From Hormiphora californensis (lineage: Eukaryota > Animalia > Ctenophora), in NCBI GenBank assembly GCA_020137815.1, contig CM035351.1:9424001-9488000 (forward strand): 64,000 nt of DNA. Direction: 5' to 3'. The notes under the pieces were generated by a model. That model was not told the DNA's origin. It ran no database searches and was given only the letters and a program-made list of their open reading frames with translations. This document shows, in pieces, positions 52,001-64,000 of this stretch. A program made the translations under genes and the position numbers. Every line of letters starts with the position of its first letter. The first letter of the stretch is position 1.

Positions 52001-55000
52001 TGTTCGTTCCACAGATTCGAAGTAATTAAGGATGCCAAGACACTGAAAAACAAAAGTACTGTGTTTACGTTTCAAGGGGCCCTACTTGCTGCACTTAAGC
52101 TGTCAAAGAGACTGCTGACATTTCAACTTTAGACATTCTCCAAAACACTGCGCGCCACACTCTGTAACGCCCTGATTCGCGACCGCGCCACACTCGAAAG
52201 ACCGTCGAGAGGAAGACTGATCGTCGGAAATGTGATGAAACTGCACACACACATACAGTTCTACACGTTTAAAGCATGTAATATATATCACGAGGAAAAC
52301 ACTAATTTCACTGTAATGTTAGAACTTACAACGCGACGCTGATGTCTCAGTTTGATGTGTCTCAACATGAGATAAGCCATGTGGGCGTCCTTTCCACTAC
52401 TTGTCTTGCCAGTGTGGCCAAAACCCAGATTACCGGGGGTGAAGGAGAAGGCTCCATGGATCCCATTAGACTGGGGACCTCGACCAGAGAGGGCACCCAG
52501 GACCCCGTCATCCTCTAATGTTATGTCAGACACAGACTCTTTGTCATCCAGAGACTCAGAACTATGGGGGATAAATACCTCATAGTTATAGTGGTGGTTA
52601 GAGACAGATCTGTCAGGAAAACATGGAATATAACTGATTATTGTATTCCTACCTATTTGACTCGCCGAAGTATACTTTTTTCCATAGCGACAAGGTGTCC
52701 TTCCCAGAAGGATGTGCGGCTGTGGAGAAGGGTCTCATGGATACAGGGAGCTCCCGGATTTGGGAAACATAGTTCTTCAGAGACTTCGTTACCTCCTGTT
52801 CAAAACAATTACTTAAAAAATGTACTGCTTTGAGGGACTTGGGACAAAGTTCCAGAATTTTAAATAAGATATCATTTCAGAAATATTTTCCCAATCTCAA
52901 AGCATAAAACCATGTCTGGTAATACCAGTAACATCTCTGGTACCTGTAGGGAGTCATTGTGGAGGAAGGCTGCTGCACTTTTTAACAGCTCATCCACAGA
53001 ACCATTCCTGTCTCTGATCCTGTTGATTGATGATTGTCTGGTAGTATCCAGGGTGGGGTATAGGACCTGTTCCCAAGTTCGGGGCTTCAGGAAAGTGTTG
53101 GTAACTGAGCTGGCATCCACATCCTCCTGTAATAATGGAGATTGTGGTGGAGGGGTACAACAGTGGAGGGGTACAGCGGTGGGGTGCTGCCGGACTAAAG
53201 AGTCTATTATAAGGATCTGATTGTGAAGTGCGTAATTACACAATAACCTCACAGTGCTGTTTCAGAGAATCTGAAAACTTCCCATCACCTAATCACACAA
53301 AATAGGGTGCATACTAACTACATACTAAACACTGCTGCCCCTAACGACATACTAAACACTGCTACCCCTAACGACATACTTGACACCCCTGCCCCTATAA
53401 CTAGTAACTACATACTTGACATGTTGCACCAGACACAGGGAACTGCATCATTTGGGTTTGTTTTGTTAGTAGGCTCTTCAACCTCCGATGTGCTTGGTAG
53501 TACAACTCCAATTCGTCCGAGGGGCTAAGGTTATCCAAGTCCTGAGATAAAGATAGTGCTATTCAACAAAATAAATAATAATAAAAAGATATGTTCCAAG
53601 AAACATATAAAAAGGATGACCCCAATGGGGTTACCATGGAATTATTGTAACTTACAATGGGAATTCCATAAGACTCCAGAAGGGTCTGAAGGCGAACTCT
53701 GTACATCTCAATCCGGGCTGAAGAGACAGGGAGACCAGTGTCTTCTTGACTCGCCTCAAAGCAAGCACTAGCCGATATTATCTGGGAAAGTAATAATGAT
53801 TTAGGTTATCATATCATATACCGTGATGGTGTGAAATATATGTGAAATATGTTTATGTACTGTGAGTGTGGGTGGTTTCTTGAGTCTCCTCCGGTGTGCT
53901 TTACTCTTGTGATCCATACATGTCTCGTTTAACCGAGATCGCCACCTCTTAGTCCACTTCTGGTGAAATGGGATGGTAATGGTGCTGACCATGACATGAT
54001 GAAAGCAGCCAGAATGAACTGACCCATATACTATATCTTTCCCTCTGTTTTAGAGTCCTTTGGTTTACTCACCCGTGCACTGATGATTGTCTTGGGTTCA
54101 GCAGCATCATTAGCCACACTGTTCTGTTTACTAATCCTACCCGCACCAAGGCGGGATGTTGAGGTTTCTGGCATTCTGTTCAGCCTCTCCCTGCTTCTCC
54201 ACCCACTTGAATAGAATGATTCCTCCCCCACTCCGGTGAGCCACTAAAACATTGGGAGGCATACTGGGAGGGAACGTTAGAAAGGGGAGGGGGAGGTACA
54301 CATCAGGAGAGGGAGGTACACGTTAGAAGGAGAGAGGGAGGTACACGTTAGAAGGAGAGAGGGAGGTACACGTTAGAAGAGGGAGGTACACGTTAGGAGA
54401 GGGAAAGGGAGGTTCACTTTAGAAAGGGGAGAGGGAGGTACATGTTGGGAGGTACACGTTTGACAGCGACTTGTTTCAAATATATATATTTTCCGACAAT
54501 TGTAAGCAGCATAACACGCAGCTGGATAATGACATTGCTCATATATTGCAGCTACCCTTCTACAAAATGCCTCCTACTGAGAGAGTAAAGAGATAGAAGA
54601 GAATGGTAGCTGATATAGCACACATAGCGGTAGCAAGTATTACCACTTCTAGTAGTCACTCTTTGTTTCAACCTAAACAGGATTGCGCTTATTCTCATTA
54701 TCTTTATGTACCATGTATGGGTTCTTGAGTGGGGCACATTCAACATATTTTCCATGAGACTGTTTTTGCCCAATTTAATTTTTCGTTGAGTTTTCATAGC
54801 GGACCCAAATTACAGGTCACAAGAGACCTACCATAACTACAGTTTACGCCCTTAGAAAAGCCTCACCTATCTGTGGAAAACATGTCTGTTCTGTCCGATC
54901 TTACCTTCTCCCAATTAGAAGCAGTATTGTCATCATCGAGGGCTTGGGGTTTAGCCAATCTGCTCCTATGTAGTGATGTTATATGGGATACCACCTGAGG

Positions 55001-56515
55001 ATGCAGTCGTATATTGTGATACTGATAATGAACACCTTTGCGCTGGCAAGATCATTGATACATCATAGCATAATGATCCTCACAACTCACAGTTATGTAG
55101 TTATTGACCCGTTCCTCACAACTCAGCTTCCAGCACAACCAGTTGATGTAGTAGCACATGTCCTCATTAGTGACCAGGTGGAGAGGTGCTGGTTTCCCGC
55201 CTGAGAAGGCCTTGTGGGCTGGTTCTAGTCGGTGGGCACGATGCCAGCAATCCTTGTACTGGACCATTATCTCCCTGGACAGGAAGGAGTTGTTATATGG
55301 TCTAACACCGGGGAGGGAGGGGGGAGGGGGGGTCGTAGTGGGAGAAGGTATGGTCTAACACCGGGGGAGGGCGTAGTGGGAGAAGGTATATTACAGAGTG
55401 AGAGAGGGAGAAGGGACGGTTTTATATGAATCATATAATGAGGAGAGTAGCTACTGCATCTCACCACATATTTCTGGAAGTCCTCCTTTTACCTGACTCG
55501 GTCCTGGAAGTCCTCCTCTTACCTGACTCGGTCCTAGAAGTCCTCCTCTTACCTGACTCGGTCCTGGAAGTCCTCCTCTTACCTGACTCGGTCCTGGAAG
55601 TCCCCCTCTTACCTGACTCGGTCCTGGAAGTCCTCCTCTTACCCGACTCGGTCCTGGAAGTCCTCCTCTTACCTGACTCGGTCCTGGAAGTCCTCCTCTT
55701 ACCTGACTCGGTCCTGGAAGTCCCCCTCTTACCTGACTCGGTCCTGGAAGTCCTCCTCTTACCTGACTCGGTCCTGGAAGTCCTCCTCTTACCTGACTCG
55801 GTCCTGGAAGTCCTCCTCTTACCTGACTCGGTCCTGGAAGTCCTCCTCTTATCTGACTCGGTCCTGGAAGTCCTCCTCTTACCTGACTCGGTCCTGGAAG
55901 TCCTCCTCTTACCTGACTCGGTCCTGGAAGTCCTCCTCTTACCTGACTCGGTCCTGGAAGTCCTCATGAAGATCAGTAACAGCAGCCCCGTGCCTGCTGT
56001 ACCGGCTCCACCTTGTCAAGTGCATCTTCTTCAGCAGCAACAAATCCTCGCACTGCGACAGAAAGAATTGGTGTAGGATGAGAGGCAGGGACTCAGGACT
56101 ATGTTCTGGTATGTTACATGTCTTCAACTCTGCAGCCAGCACTCGATCATGGCTCTGAATGGGTCTCATGTCAGGTACGGAGAGTATCCGGCGTAGAGCT
56201 TCACGTCGTTCAACCTCTGCCTCACTCTCATCTTGAGGGTATGCAACGGAACTGGGGGGGATTGTTTATGTTAGAAAATATACGGGGGTTTTTTTTAATT
56301 GAGGGTTGATTCTTTATTGAAGTTTGCGCAACCAAACACATTTGATATGTGAAATATAAAACGTGATCTTACCTGAGGTGATCTTACCTGAGGTTGCGTG
56401 TTTTCCCGTAGCCAATATCCTTGAGTTCGGTGTTCAACTCGGTAATATTCCGGTTTAGTTCGTCCTTTAGGGCACGAGTCCTGCTCCCCAGAGAGACAAG
56501 ACTCTCATGCTGCAT
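33098..56515 (-). CDS. CCDC162/DUF4549-like large coiled-coil protein, many exons
   Basis: N-terminal [56 protein letters not shown]; C-terminal coiled coil (33693-34160); consecutive GT-AG exons on the minus strand. Both ends tentative. Confidence 0.7.
35319..35951. mobile_element. Foldback MITE with ~300-bp inverted arms (hAT-like end)
   Basis: 35319-~35620 is the near-perfect reverse complement of ~35647-35948; right end ...aacaccctg; tagatagg on both flanks (possible 8-bp TSD, left terminus eroded). Confidence 0.8.
36291..36372. repeat. (AG)n microsatellite (one of many)
   Basis: Similar tracts at 37075-37172, 40845-40999, 41098-41177, 44033-44132, 45935-46010, 60001-60092, 60676-60870. 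Confidence 0.95.
46483..46527 (-). ncRNA. Minimal type I hammerhead ribozyme
   Basis: CAGUU-CUGAUGA-AAUACAA(UU)UUGUAUU-GAAA-CAUGU-GUA-AACUG: stem I, core, stem II, palindromic short stem III, GUA cleavage triplet. Confidence 0.88.
46583..48701 (-). CDS. PLE reverse transcriptase + C-terminal GIY-YIG endonuclease (one +1 frameshift at ~48232)
   Basis: [64 protein letters not shown]. Deleting one A in ctgaaac joins the two ORFs into ~705 aa. Confidence 0.9.
48834..48878 (-). ncRNA. Minimal type I hammerhead ribozyme (second pLTR copy)
   Basis: Identical to 46483-46527. Confidence 0.88.
49639..49683 (+). ncRNA. Minimal type I hammerhead ribozyme (inverted pLTR piece)
   Basis: cagtt ctgatga aatacaattttgtatt gaaa catgtgta aactg on the plus strand. 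Confidence 0.88.
50021..50072 (-). other. tRNA-derived 3'-half fragment (B-box) inside the TIR element
   Basis: Minus strand ...gaggcccgggttcgattcccgaccggg (T-arm with GGTTCGATTCC); no complete cloverleaf seen. Confidence 0.55.
55474..55965. repeat. 30-bp minisatellite x16 spanning a 5' splice site of the CCDC162-like gene
   Basis: Minus-strand unit gaggacttccaggaccgagtcag|gtaagag; the first copy is the real exon end (EDFQDRV). Confidence 0.95.
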
Positions 56516-56886
56516 CCTCTTCTACAATCTCGTTATAACAACATCGTATTTGTGGTGATCTGACTTGCTATAATTACAAAGGGGTTATGGGTGATATAGA
56601 AAATATAGGTAGTTGGACGGGTTGAATGAATAGTAATACTAGTATAGTTTGGTAGGTAACAAAATTTAAAATACATGACAATATTAACTTAATTACAAAC
56701 TTAAAATAACGGTTTGTAGTTTATTGAGTCTCTCATACAAGTGCCCAGTTATTCAACATCCTCAGTCCTTTGGTGGGTCCACTGGGCCCACTCCACACAT
56801 CTCCTGTGTGCTATAGCCGGTCCTCTCTGTCCCTTCCCATCTAGTCTGCACCTCTGTCTCACAGTAATGTCCCAGCTCCCTCTCTC

Positions 56887-59800
56887 TCAGCCAGGACAGT
56901 GCTTGGTGAATGGTGATAGTATACCCACAAGCACTCTATGTCTGTACGGGTCAGCCAGGTAGATACTCCCATCAAACTCCTTTACTACAATACTAGTGAT
57001 AGAGTGAAACCCTCCCACCTCCTCCCCCAACATGGTGTAGATGAGCTCCCCAGTAGGGAACATGACCCCGACCCTTCCCTCCGCAGTGCCCACCAGTAAC
57101 ACCCCATCGGGGGCTACACAGATGGAAATGGGCACCCCCTGAATATGGATCCTCCGCACTAGTTCTCCCTCCAGACTCCACACATGGATGGATGAGTTGC
57201 TTTTATCACACACGTACACCTCCTCATTTAGCTGGCTCGCTGCTATGGCAACCGCATTTGTGTCGTGTCGCAGCTTCTTCACGCACTCCAACACTACTTT
57301 TGTGTCGTCGTTCGTGTTGAAAGTTAGCCGCCAGATTTCAACATATGTTACCTGGAGGAGACAATAGTTATTTTTATCTAGGTAAGGGGAGGGCACTGGG
57401 GCTAGAGAAGGGGACAAAACCTAAAAGTAGACGCTTACCTTGCAAATGTAAATGTGGTTATTGACGAATGCACAATCCAGTACACCCTCCCATATGTTCC
57501 TTATCGTGTACCACTGAGCGTTTTCAACATTCTGCAGTCGGAAACTCAATAGCCTGTCTTGTGCTATGAAATCCCTGACTGGGTTCCCAGCACTCCACAT
57601 CCCCACCACCCTACTAACATTTCCTTTAAACACACGGCTATGTAGGAATGTTTGACCCTCTTCATTTCCCGTTGGATAGGCCACCCTGGCAACGGAATCA
57701 GAGTCGTACACAAGGAGACCACTGAGGTGTAGTGCTAAATAAAGGGGGCTCTTTAGTTCCCTGACACTATCATCAAGAAACTCAATACTGGAGTACTCCT
57801 GCCAGATACGAGATACGGACCATGGTAGTCGGGGAGATACAAAATCCCCGCTCCCTGTCAGTGATGCAGATGAAGCATTAGGGGAGAGAACTCTCTTTGG
57901 CTTCCCAGAGCTATCCACAAACAACTTCATCCTTCTCATGGTCACCTGGCCACCAACATGAAGAGATGGAGCAGAGAATCCAGCCACTTCAAATGAGATG
58001 TGAGGTATACTCTTCATTTCACCCATTATCTTTTCAATACTCTTGAATTCTCTTATCAGTGAGTATGGTTTCTTGTCGTTAACCTTCACCAACAGGGACA
58101 CTATCCTCTCTTTCTCCACCTCCATTACCTTCTGCACCTCACCCAGTATCTGAATGTTATTGTTCTTGGCTGCCTGGATCTGATCGTTAAGTCTGCTTCG
58201 TTGGGATGACGCCTCCTGAATAATCCGCTCATAGTACGCTACCAATCGTTCATTCTCCGAATCCAGAACATCTGATACCTTGGAGCACTCTTCCTGGAAG
58301 GAGAACACATGTGTAATATACCATGCCATGACACTGAATGTTCTCAGTCTGTCCTAAATCCCAGGTAATTATGTAATTAAGTACCTGTAGTGTTCCGAGA
58401 AGATCAGTAAAGTCTGCCTGCAGGTTATCAACATGCTCATGTAGCACATTCCTCCTCTCTGTAGCCTCCAAATCAGGCCGAACTATAGGGTGGCACGTGT
58501 TACATTATCAGGACGAACTATAGGGTGGCACGTGTTACATTATCAGGAATACTGTAGAATAATGTAAAGGGGACTAAAGATGCTGTAGACTGTAGAGAGC
58601 TGTAAAGATGCTGTAAAGATGCTGTAAAGATGCTGTAGAGATGGTAACAATGGTAAAGTATTATCCGTACCTTGCTTTACCTGATACAAGGTGGCTCAGT
58701 GATGGTTTCACTTTGCAAGTAGCTAGTTATTGCAGCATTTCAGCACAGGGAGTGGCGATGATGGAGCAGATGGAGAACATCTCTACCTGTGAAATGGGTA
58801 GCAAGTAGCAGGGGGGGGGGCTTTGTAAAAAACATAAAGCAAGTAGCAGGGGGGGGGGGCTTTATAACAAACAGCAAGTATTTACCAAGTTGATGTCCTT
58901 GAGAGATACAGGTATGGACGATACAGTTGCTGCACAGTAGAATATTACACTGTTGGCAATAACAGGCGAGGGGAGAGGCACTGCAAGCATCACACAGCCC
59001 ACTCAAACTATCTGTACTCCTACTCTCCTCTTCCTGAGAACATGAGAGTTGTAAAACTTACCACAAGAGAGAGAGAGAGAGAGAGATAAACACACAGTGA
59101 TAATCAAGATAGATATCGAGTGAGAAACAAGAGAAAGATAAAGAAGAGGGAAGACCGAGAAAAAGGAGCAACATCTGCACGTGCCAATTGCAGCGACAAT
59201 TCGAAGTAAAACTCCTTAGGATGCAGTCCTCAGGGGGCTTGGACTCGCTTGACAAGTAGAAGGGGGATTGGAGAAAATCATGTACAGTAAGGGAGGAGGG
59301 TGCTTGGAGAAAGCAAGTAGAGAGGGCTGTAAGAGAAAATGAGAAGAGCAGGGGAGGGAGGGTGAGATAACGAGAGAGAGAGAGATAGAGAGAGGGTGGG
59401 TTGTAACAAACATGTAGCAAGTAGCAGGGGGGCTTTGTAACAAACAAACAGCAAGTAGCAGGGGGGCTTTGTAACAAACATGTAGCAAGTAGCAGGGGGG
59501 GGTGGCTTTGTAACAAACAGCAAGTAGCAGGGGGCTTTGTAAAAAACATGTAGCAAGTAGCAGGGGGGCTCTGTAACAAACAGCAAGTATTTACCAAGTT
59601 GATGTCCTTGAGAGATACAGGTATGGACGATACAGTTGCTGCACAGTAGAATATTACACTGTTGGCAATAACAGGCGAGGGGAGAGGCACTGCAAGCATC
59701 ACACAGCCCACTCAAACTATCTGTACTCCTACTCTCCTCTTCCTGAGAACATGAGAGTTGTAAAACTTACCACAAGAGAGATAAACACACAGTGATAATC

Positions 59801-60000
59801 AAGATAGATACCGATTGAGAAACAAGAAAAAGATAAAGAGGAGGGAGAACCGAGAAAAAGGAGCAACATCTGCACGTGCCAATTGCAGCGACAATTCGAA
59901 GTAAAACTCCCTTAGGATGCAGTCCTCGCTGGACTCTGCTTGACAAGAGAAGGGGATGGGAGAGAAATGCAGTAAATAAAGGGAGAGAAGGGAGCAAGTG

Positions 60001-60095
<95 letters not shown>

Positions 60096-60442
60096 TAAAG
60101 CACGCATTGCACAACAAGCAGGAGTGAGTGTGTGTGGCAACACTCGGCAGAATCCACTTTCTCATTCCTGATTTGATTCATTATGTTTCTAAAATGACCA
60201 TCTTCATATCCTACCTGAGTGACAATGTCCAATAGGGCGAGATTTAGAGCCAACAACTTCATCTCGTATGGGGGATTCTTGGTACAGATGGGACACTTTA
60301 TGAAGGAGCCAAGTTGAGATACCTGAGTCATGTTCTTGATACATGTCTCGCAGAAGGTGTGACCACATGGAATCATAAAGGGACGGTGTCCCCCAGTGTC
60401 CCCATAGCCCTGGGAACATAACGGGCACTGAATAAAGGCCAT
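56887..60442 (-). CDS. TRIM-like RING / B-box / coiled-coil / NHL-like propeller protein
   Basis: C3HC4 RING CPLC..PCGHTFCETC..CPIC (exon 60442-60215); B-box CDAC..CYCQQCNILLCSNC..H (148-nt exon present twice); coiled coil; VYVCD..IYLADPYRHRV repeats. Confidence 0.82.
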
Positions 60443-60676
60443 CCTTACATCGGCTATGGAGAGGGAGGAGGTGAGAAGTGGTAGGTATAGGATAGGGGTG
60501 GGAGGTATGGAAGAGAGAGATAGATGTGAGAGCTGTGGAGAGTGAGATAGATGTTATTGTTAGAGAGAGATAGATTGGGATCGTAGTCATGGGAACACTA
60601 CAGTATGCATCACAAATCTAATTGTATGAGAAGAAACGGAGGTGGATATGTGAAGTACTGGAGATGAGTGAGTGAA

Positions 60677-60720
<44 letters not shown>

Positions 60721-62274
60721 ACGAGAGAAGAGAGAGAGAGACTACGCGAGTCAGCGATAGCTCTATCCTGCTCTTCCGCATGCTCATACTCGCTTCTCTC
60801 TCGACTACTGCTCATGCGATCCGCTCTCTCTCTCTCTCTCTCGTCTCTCTCCCTCCCTCTCTCTCTCTCTGTTTCAGAAAACCAACCACTTTCGTTCCTA
60901 CCTCTTTATTAGAAAACTCTATATATGTACACAATTGGACAAAACAAAGAGAACGAGGGGCTCCCCCAAAAAAATTTTTTTTTTTAAAGAAAAGGGAAGA
61001 AGGAATAAAAAGGAAAATAAAAAAAAAAAGGGGGGGGACCTTTTCAAAGCCCTTCCCAAATTTTTATTTTTTAAAAATTTTTAAAAAATTTGCTAAAAAT
61101 TCCTTTAAAAACATTTAAAAATGAAAATTTTATCCAAACTATGAGGTCAAAGGGTTTTTAAAAAATTCACTGTATCTTCAGTACCTTTTAAGCCCGTAAT
61201 CATTTTCCCAAAAACTTTTTCCGCGAATGTGCCCCAAAAATCTTTTGCGCCCCCAAAATTTTCCAAGTGGGGCAAAAAAACCCTGATTTTTTCTTAAAAC
61301 GCTATTGAAATGAGAATTGTTTAAAAAGTGGTTTATTTGGGCCAAGACATAAACAAATAATCGTTTTTAAAGGTCTTTGGGGAACCGTAGTCATGGAAAT
61401 GGGTAAAATTTTTTTTTGGGGGGGGGCCCCCCCATGTATATTTTTGGGGTTTTGGTGGGGGGGGGGGTTTTTTTTTTTTCCCCTTTTTCTTTTTTCCCCC
61501 CCCCTTTTAAACCCCTATGGCCCCTTTTCTCAAAAATCGTTTCCCCCCCCTCCCTAAAAATTTTTTTCCTTTTTTTCCCCACCCTTTTAATTTCCCCCCT
61601 TTCTTTTTTTTTTTTAAAAAGGTTTTTAAAAAGGGGGGACCTCCGTCCCCCAAAACTTTTAAAAACTTATAGCCCCCCTCCCCAAACAAGGGACTTTTCT
61701 TTTTCCTAATTGAACTTTTAATTTATTTTCCCGGATTTTTTGGGTTGAAAATTTCCCACCCCACACTATTTTCTTTTTTAAAAAAATTTGGGTATTCCTT
61801 TTTTCCAATCCCCCCCTTTTACTTTTCAAATTCCCTCTCTTTTCCATTATATCTCTACCGGCTACCCTCTCTCTTTGAAACTGCATGCTCCTCTCCTCAA
61901 ATTAAGCTATTATAAAATTGACAAAGGGAAGGAGAGAGAGAGAGAGAGCTAGCTGAATATCTGCTTGAGCATCATGGACAAGTACATTCCGAAGTAGAAA
62001 ACTTTTCAAGTCCTGGACTGGATGGAGCTTGTTTTAAATTATAGGGATTAAGAGAGCATTAAAGAGCGAGGAAGGGAGAGAAAAAGGAAGAGGTAGAGAA
62101 AGAGGAGAATGAAGTTAGAGAGAGAGAAGGAAGCTAAGCACAAATGTAATGTTGCAACACCCTGGGCACGGTAATGTTCCGGATGGGTGGTAATACACCA
62201 AAGTCTCTCGATTCATTCCCTCACAACTCCCTCTCTGCCTGCAGTAATGCCTCTCCCAAGAAGGAGCGATGGAT

Positions 62275-62948
62275 TTAGTAGAAGAATACTCCAAAGGCCG
62301 TTGCTAGGCAGAACATGGTTTCACCCATATAAAAGTACTGGGCGTAGTTATCCGTGTCTGAGTCCCAGAAACATCTGCATCCAACCTTTATACCCTGACC
62401 CCTCTGTTCACCAATCACAACATTAACTGCCAACTGGGGATTGGGGAAGAATCATTAATGTAAAATACTCATAGTACTTGAGTTAACATGAAGTATAGTG
62501 AGGAATATTGTTTTCCCATTCCAACTGGGAGAGTTGTGAGAGTGTAAGAAATACCTTGTATCGTTCCATCCCCAGTTGTTTCACCCTCTCCTTCACGGCC
62601 TCTGTGATGTTTTTACACCAGGTGGGCGCTTGGTCTGGATCATACGTCTTGTTAGCCAAATGTTCGTTAATCACACTGTAACGAGGTTCGGATTTAAATC
62701 AAACAAAAAGAATATTAAGAGCACTATGTGTCCATGGCCATGATAGTACCGTGTTTCCCTGCATTTAACTTCAGAGTATCATGTGATCTGATCACTTTTA
62801 GTTTGACTCACTCTTGAATGACCTCCTTGACAAGGGCAGGCTTGAACTTATCCTTGAAGTTCGGTCTGATGATATAGCTGTTCTCCGAGGCCTCGGGCAC
62901 TGTTGGTGTTGCGGGGACCTCTCCTTCTGCAGGCACTGCTGGGGACAT
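62275..62948 (-). CDS. TCTEX1D2: Tctex1-domain dynein-2 light chain
   Basis: Exons 62948-62812, 62675-62555, 62433-62275: NSYIIRPNFKDKFKP..ERYK LAVNVVIGEQRGQGIKVGCRCFWDSDTDNYA..FCLATAFGVFFY*. Confidence 0.92.
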
Positions 62949-63580
62949 GGCTACTTGGGCTTTTAATTCGTGTAACTTAGGGGGCAGTGGGCACCAGGGT
63001 TGCAAAAGAATAGTGGACGAGTATGTGGATTGTGCATTTTCGTCAATCGACGAAGCATCGAAATGTAACGGGTTACGGGTTGTAAATGTAAACTATCAGT
63101 TGTATGCTAATTGCTAAAGGAATGTTTTAACAGTCAAACCAGGAAGTTATGAAAAGTATAATTGCAGGCAATTGTGTTAGTTGTTTAGACAAATAGACAT
63201 CCCCTCGTATTAGAGCTGTCACTGTCAGACTCAAAACTCCAATATCATGCGATTAGCAGCTTCGTGCGAATTTTTGATCTGAAATTATGTTTATGTCTGT
63301 CTCCTGATCCCTTGCTCTCAGCTGCAGTGCTGCCATCGATCTACAAACTTGTTCATTATTCTGGAATTTGGCTATCAACTTGATACTGAGTATCAAGATT
63401 TTGAATTTTATTTTCTGATTTTGAAATTCTTGTGAATTTTTCAGATTTTTGATTTCATGCGGACTGACTGCAGCGCAGTAACTATTAAAATTCGCGCGTT
63501 ACTGAATATTTGTACCACGCGCATTATTTTTGTACTCTGCACTGCATAGTCCACGACGCGACCAAAAACCACAAACTTCT

Positions 63581-63803
63581 TAGTGGAAGCTCTTACGGTA
63601 TTTCCCACGCCCCGTGGGAAAGTTTTTCGACCGTGGGAAAATGTTCGAACCGTGGGAAAAGAGAGATACATACAATAACTATAAAAAATAAATTGTTTTT
63701 TATTAGTTATTGCATGTATCTCTCTTTTCCCACGGTTTGAAAACTTTCCCACGGTCGAAAAACTTTCCCACGGGCGTGGGAAATACCGTAAGAGCTTCCA
63801 CTA
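63581..63803. mobile_element. Palindromic MITE bounded by TA
   Basis: ~100-bp near-perfect arms tagtggaagctcttacggtatttcccacg... / ...cgtgggaaataccgtaagagcttccacta. Confidence 0.8.
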
Positions 63804-64000
63804 TCTCTTTTTTTTCAAACTGAAATTTAAAATTCTGATTTTTCAGTTGCTTGGCAAACGTTGCTGGCCCCCGATAGCGCGGGATAAGGCAGCGCTTTTC
63901 AATTCAGTTGCCTACCCCACGCTGCGTTTGTCAATTTTGAAACAAAAATCAGACAGTTGCTTTTGAACACTTCATCCATCATACCTTCCCTTCTCCCAGC

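Noticed and set aside
51739-52350. 73-aa ORF with a CG-rich upstream stretch in a CCDC162-like intron
   Set aside because: No recognisable motif; cannot be separated from chance without expression data.
55474-55965. CRISPR-like array / repetitive ORFs 55426-56076 and 55461-55967
   Set aside because: Head-to-tail 30-bp units with no unique spacers, no cas genes, in a eukaryotic intron.
58681-58786. Extra TRIM exon
   Set aside because: Contains stops in the required frames; the B-box exon splices in frame directly to ~58483 (HQL-VRPDLEATE).
60955-61845. Homopolymer-rich block with several ORFs
   Set aside because: Dense A/T/G/C runs unlike the rest of the window look like low-quality consensus; the ORFs are low-complexity.

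Overview
Gene-dense eukaryotic (animal) DNA with short GT-AG introns, many (AG)n tracts and a nested gene. This style suggests a non-bilaterian such as a ctenophore, which is inference only. Host genes: SCAMP (+, 1580-5631, with a duplicated, probably mutually exclusive exon pair); DCAF1/VprBP (-, 6669-21708); a nicotianamine-synthase/CntL-like gene nested antisense in a DCAF1 intron (+, 12972-15220); a C2H2 zinc-finger gene; an intronless F-box/LRR gene; an RD3-like gene; a CCDC162/DUF4549-like gene (-, ~33.1-56.5 kb); a RING/B-box/NHL TRIM gene; and TCTEX1D2. Mobile DNA: an L2/CR1-group LINE with intact ORF2 and an A_AAA_AAC slippery site, a Naiad-type Penelope element with three hammerhead ribozymes and a TSD, and several MITE/foldback elements. 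The most unusual signals are (1) the intron-containing NAS-like gene in an animal, (2) a ~505-nt highly structured, circularly permuted unit with Penelope/retrozyme-like architecture but no canonical ribozyme at 1-935, and (3) a window-wide tendency for minisatellites to sit on, and amplify, splice signals. All gene models and family calls were made by eye from motifs; no searches were run.
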